Source: Candidatus Ornithoclostridium faecigallinarum
GTDB taxonomy: Bacteria > Bacillota > Clostridia > Christensenellales > UBA3700
Direction: 5' to 3'
Assembly (NCBI GenBank): GCA_018713665.1
Contig: DVOI01000054.1
Location: forward strand, 1 to 50,014
Length of the DNA stretch: 50,014 nt
Position numbers and translations under genes: made by a program. Every line of letters begins with the position of its first letter. The stretch's first letter is position 1. Below the pieces are notes generated by a model. That model did not search any database, had not been told where the DNA came from, and was given only the letters and a program-made list of their open reading frames with translations. Shown here in pieces: positions 46,335-50,014 of this stretch.

Positions 46335-46454
46335 AGCGCGAAACGGCTCGAATTTTCGGACATTCCGAAGAATAGGCGCAAGTTAACATACCTGTCAAAG
46401 TTCACTCGCGCGTTGCACAAAAATCATATTATAAAGAACCGGTGATAAACCAAG

Positions 46455-46557
46455 TTTTATCCATTTCGCTGGACAAATTTATTAAAATTGCTATTTTGTT
46501 CAGTAGATTGGATAAAATTGTTGAAGTCGTTGATTTTGTTTGATGTACTGAACAAAA
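46455..46557. repeat. Degenerate ~40-bp tandem palindromic repeats
   Basis: TGGACAAAT...ATTTTGTTCA and TGGATAAAAT...ATTTTGTTTG; perfect inverted pair TTTTGTTCAGTA/TACTGAACAAAA. Confidence 0.6.
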
Positions 46558-46651
46558 AGAGGTGCGTCGCCCGGACGGAACTTTCCCAAACTCGCACCAA
46601 TTCGGCGATCGTTTCTTCGCTCTTGGTCGCCGTCTCTTCGCACTTGATCAT
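46457..46651 (-). pseudogene. Truncated GNAT acetyltransferase (YjaB-like N-terminus only)
   Basis: LVRVWESSVRATHLFL, then an abrupt switch to AT-rich repeat-derived sequence near 46553. Confidence 0.75.
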
Positions 46652-47178
46652 TCTTTGTCTCCTTTGTCATAGATTGCTTCCACGATCATTGTTGCAAGCG
46701 TTTGGGCGTCCTCTTTGCAATCGTCCTCCAACCATTTCATCGACACGTTGTACAGCATCCCGGCATAGAGATAGGGAAGATAGCGGTTTGAGTCCTTGTT
46801 GTCGCGCTCGAAATTCTGCGCGAATCTCTTGTTGAGATAGTCGAGATAGAGGTCGGTCAAATGAGCCTTCTGCAACAATTTGAAAGGCTCTTTATTTTGC
46901 TTGAACATCGTCAAAGTGTCGAAAGCGATCTTGATATGATCCTCTTTTCCCCGCGGGATAATGCGCTGTTCGAACACAAATTCGCGCGTGTGCCGCTCGA
47001 AGTAATATATGATGACGTCTTCCTTGCTCTTGAAGTAGCGGTAAAATGTAGCCCTGCCGACGCCTGCCTTGGCGACGATGTCCGTAACCTTGATCTTTTC
47101 GTACTCGTACTCGTGCATGAGCTTGAAAAGCGCGGTCACGATGTAGTGTCTTGTGTACTCGTCGGGCGAATATTCCAT
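46648..47178 (-). CDS. TetR/AcrR family transcriptional regulator
   Basis: IKVTDIVAKAGVGRATFYRYFKSKEDV HTH; AAGGAG SD. Confidence 0.92.
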   Translation of the reverse strand: MEYSPDEYTRHYIVTALFKLMHEYEYEKIKVTDIVAKAGVGRATFYRYFKSKEDVIIYYFERHTREFVFEQRIIPRGKEDHIKIAFDTLTMFKQNKEPFKLLQKAHLTDLYLDYLNKRFAQNFERDNKDSNRYLPYLYAGMLYNVSMKWLEDDCKEDAQTLATMIVEAIYDKGDKE

Positions 47179-47252
47179 GAGACAAAAACTCCTTTTTTGT
47201 TTCGTTTGCGGCGACAGAAAGCGCCGTTTTGTCTTATCGCCTTTTGAGGCGG

Positions 47253-47306
47253 TTGATTTCTTGTCCTTCCTCGTCTTATGATACACTTGTCTCACAAAGA
47301 AGTCAA
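47253..47306. promoter_or_regulatory. Overlapping divergent promoters with a central TetR-type operator
   Basis: Plus TTGATT-18-TATGAT; minus TTGACT-17-TATCAT; palindrome TGATACA-CT-TGTCTCA at 47279-47294. Confidence 0.7.
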
Positions 47307-47357
47307 CCGAAACGCGCGTCGGCACTCTCGAGACGAAATATAAAACGAGGTGAAAAA

Positions 47358-47891
47358 ATGCAAGAAAAAGATTTCGTATCCTACGAATACAAGACCGTGT
47401 CGGTCAAAGCAAAAGACCAATCCAAGGCGATAGACCTGTATGAAGCGTTCGGCTGGGAGATCACGGCGACCGAGCGCACCGTGCTCGACAACGTGACGAT
47501 CTCGATGAAAAGAGACCGCAAGATCAACCACAAAGCCGAACTCGTCAAGTTGGAGAGGCAAGCCGAAAACGCCTTTGATGCCGTCAACGGTTTGGAGAAG
47601 GCAAAGACGCAAGGAGCGCGCGTGTTTGCCTATATTTTCGGATGTATCGCCGCTTTGGTTCTCGGCGGAGGTATGAGCCTTTGCATGCTGCCGGACAGCG
47701 CCGCGGCGATGGCGGCAGGGATCGTCGTCGGCATCGTCGGCATTGCGATGTGCGCCGTAAATTATCCTATTTTCAAAAAGCTCGTCGTCAAAAAGACGAA
47801 AAGTCTGCTCCCCGTCATTGACGAGACTGAGGAAAAACTCGCCAACATTCTCGAAAAGGGCAACGACCTTTTGAACGCGGAGTTGATCTGA
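47358..47891 (+). CDS. Hypothetical protein with two TM helices
   Basis: GAGGTG SD; DFVSYEYK, YEAFGWE, coiled segment, two hydrophobic helices. Confidence 0.8.
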   Translation: MQEKDFVSYEYKTVSVKAKDQSKAIDLYEAFGWEITATERTVLDNVTISMKRDRKINHKAELVKLERQAENAFDAVNGLEKAKTQGARVFAYIFGCIAALVLGGGMSLCMLPDSAAAMAAGIVVGIVGIAMCAVNYPIFKKLVVKKTKSLLPVIDETEEKLANILEKGNDLLNAELI

Positions 47892-47925
47892 ACTTCGCCG
47901 CAACCGCAAACGAGGGACCTTCCGC

Positions 47926-48819
47926 ATGAAAAAACTGTTTTCAAAATTGCTCGACATTCTCAAACATCCGCGCGGATGGTCCCTGTTTGTCTTCTATATT
48001 CTTTTTGCATGCACTTTGACAGCGGCGATCGCATTTGCAATTTTAGCGCCCAAACAGACGATATTGTGCTATGTGTGCTATGCACTTGCCGCCGCCGGTC
48101 TTGCCTACTTTGTTTACACGATCGTATATCTTGCCCCAAAGATCAAAAACTCAACTGTTCGAGCGATGCACCGGCATCGCTTCACCGACAATCTGCTCAA
48201 CGATTACGGCTTTCGCACCGTCGTCTTTGCAACGGTAGGATTTGTCGTCAATATAGGATACGCGCTGTTACAGACGATCGTCGGCATCGTTGCACGCTCG
48301 ATATGGAACATCGCGATCGCCGCCTTCTACTTTGTGTTGATCGCGCTGAAAGGGATCGCGTTCTTGGGCGGCAAACGCGCAAAAAACAACTTCGAGAAAA
48401 CGCGGAAAGTCTATCGCGTTTGCGGCTGTCTGCTCTTTCTGCTCGCCGTAACGCTGTCGGCGATCGTCATTTTGATGAACAAAACGAATATGCACTTTGA
48501 ATATGCGGGGATGATGATCTATGCCGCGGCGGCGTATACGTTCTACAAGATCATTGCCGCCGCCGTACAATTTTCAAAAGCAAACAAGCGCGGCGGACTT
48601 GTCGTGCAGGCGCTTCGCAACTTCAACCTCGCCGACGCGCTGTATTCCGTGTTCGTGTTGCAGGTCGCGATGATTCAGGCGTTCGGGAGTGCGCAAGACG
48701 CGTTTGCAAACAATATAACGGGCGCAGCAGTGGCCTTGCTGATCTCGGGCATAGGACTCTTTATGATCGTAAAATCTCACACGTTGAAGCCTCCGCCCGA
48801 TGAGGACGGCGAATGCTGA
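47926..48819 (+). CDS. Hypothetical polytopic membrane protein
   Basis: About 8 hydrophobic segments; co-oriented with the previous gene. Confidence 0.8.
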   Translation: MKKLFSKLLDILKHPRGWSLFVFYILFACTLTAAIAFAILAPKQTILCYVCYALAAAGLAYFVYTIVYLAPKIKNSTVRAMHRHRFTDNLLNDYGFRTVVFATVGFVVNIGYALLQTIVGIVARSIWNIAIAAFYFVLIALKGIAFLGGKRAKNNFEKTRKVYRVCGCLLFLLAVTLSAIVILMNKTNMHFEYAGMMIYAAAAYTFYKIIAAAVQFSKANKRGGLVVQALRNFNLADALYSVFVLQVAMIQAFGSAQDAFANNITGAAVALLISGIGLFMIVKSHTLKPPPDEDGEC

Positions 48820-49000
48820 CGCCGTGTTTTTACTCGTCTGCAACAGAGCAAAGCGACTTTTGTATGCCCTCTACCGCTCGATTGATGCCACGAGACGTCA
48901 CACCTCACAAGGCAGCGTTTAAGTGAAAGAAAGCAGTCTGTCTCTCCCCTAGAGGGGGAGGCGCGCAAACTCGGGCAAAAAAAGCAGCGAACTTATCTCT

Positions 49001-49066
49001 TTAATGTTCCGCCGTGATAATGTCATTGGAAGACCATACGTTCTTTTTGAATTCAAGTGTTGCCAC
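49001..49066 (-). pseudogene. 21-codon ORF (MATLEFKKNVWSSNDIITAEH), probable truncated phage-structural-like gene or small peptide
   Basis: Perfect AAAGGAGGTG SD, GTG start, upstream TGnTATACT; not in the supplied ORF track. Confidence 0.5.
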
Positions 49067-49134
49067 GTCACACCTCCTTTATGTCAACAGTATAACATGT
49101 ATTTCCTTCAAAAAACTCCCGAACTTTTTGACAG

Positions 49135-49165
49135 AAAAAAGAAGCGGCAATTTGCCACTTCTTTT
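49135..49165 (-). terminator. Intrinsic terminator
   Basis: AAGAAGTGGCA-AAT-TGCCGCTTCTT-TTTT. Confidence 0.75.
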
Positions 49166-49186
49166 AATATGTATTGAGTTTTTGAA

Positions 49187-50014
49187 TCAAACAGCGCCTT
49201 CTCCAATGATTGGCTCTTGCACTCCGTCCCATGCATCTTCAAGATATAGCAATGGCAATTCCACTAGATTCTTAACGCCCAATCTTACATCCAAAGATTT
49301 GTCTGCTGTTTCAAACTCTCCAGGCCAAATAAAAAAGTACCATCTAGCTGTTTCGCCGTATGCGATTTCTGTAGTCTGCGTAAACATTTGTCCTTCTTTC
49401 TCTAAACAATATGGAAGAAGCGCATATTTGTCATCAGCCACAAAATACATCATTTGCTCAAAACCTGCACTTAGAATTACAGACTTCGATAGATTATGAA
49501 CTAATACGCTACCACACCAATGCCTTCCTGTATAATTGCACTCTTTAATATCCTGCTCACTCTGCACCTTTCCGTTATGATACTCTATCAAAATGGATAC
49601 GGTGTAGTAGACAATGCCGTTGAGTTTGACCTCGTACTCTTTGCCGTTCTCAAACGGCAACACCCTGTCCACCTCGCCGTACAATGCGGTTATGTCGTTT
49701 TGAATTGAAGTCAACACCTCGGCGAAATTGTCATTGTCTCCCATTGCCGCATTGATTGCGTCCAATTGCAATTGCATTTGAGACACTTGGGCTTTGACTC
49801 CTTCATCGTCGGAGCTATTGGTCAGCAGGTCTTCTTGCAACATCTCGACTTGAGCCTTCAACTCATTGAATTGCAACGTGTCACCGCCCTTGTTCTCGAG
49901 GTCTGTAATCCTGTCATCCAGCTTGTCAATCAACTTGACGGAGGTCTCAAGTTTTTGCACCCTGGTTCTCAGGTTGTTGATCTCGGTTTGCAACGCATTG
50001 TCTTTGCTTTGCAA
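49187..50014 (-). CDS. Coiled-coil hypothetical protein (5' end beyond the window), lower GC, possibly phage-fibre-like
   Basis: Open frame to the window edge; heptad pattern then an aromatic beta-rich C-terminal domain; followed by a terminator. Confidence 0.7.
   Translation of the reverse strand: MQSKDNALQTEINNLRTRVQKLETSVKLIDKLDDRITDLENKGGDTLQFNELKAQVEMLQEDLLTNSSDDEGVKAQVSQMQLQLDAINAAMGDNDNFAEVLTSIQNDITALYGEVDRVLPFENGKEYEVKLNGIVYYTVSILIEYHNGKVQSEQDIKECNYTGRHWCGSVLVHNLSKSVILSAGFEQMMYFVADDKYALLPYCLEKEGQMFTQTTEIAYGETARWYFFIWPGEFETADKSLDVRLGVKNLVELPLLYLEDAWDGVQEPIIGEGAV

Overview
Core-chromosome window from a GC-rich, endospore-forming Clostridia-like bacterium; most genes lie on the minus strand. 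1-8402 is the canonical S10-spc ribosomal protein cluster (rpsJ to partial rpsE) with a structured 5' leader. Next come an AAA_14/DUF4143 ATPase with paired palindromes, a mosaic of REP/MITE-like repeats, an SmtB/CzrA-type Zn/Cd export operon, a second non-coding palindromic mosaic, DUF1858 and a YdjI/YdjG-like SPFH + Zn-ribbon pair. A six-gene polyamine operon (speD-speA-speE-speB-CASDH-nspC) is preceded by a ~300-nt structured leader with competing pairings, the best candidate here for an undescribed regulatory RNA. The rest comprises a GPH sugar transporter, gltX-trmL, a trimeric HydABC [FeFe]-hydrogenase with a Rex-like box, DUF1624, a GerA-type receptor operon, spoIIE, an aldo/keto reductase-ECF S component-DUF1893 operon, ypeB/sleB, ispE, sipL, and an accessory end (truncated GNAT, TetR, two membrane proteins, AT-richer coiled-coil phage-like ORFs). 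No rRNA, tRNA, CRISPR array, integrase or transposase was seen. All calls come from reading motifs by eye; no database searches were run.
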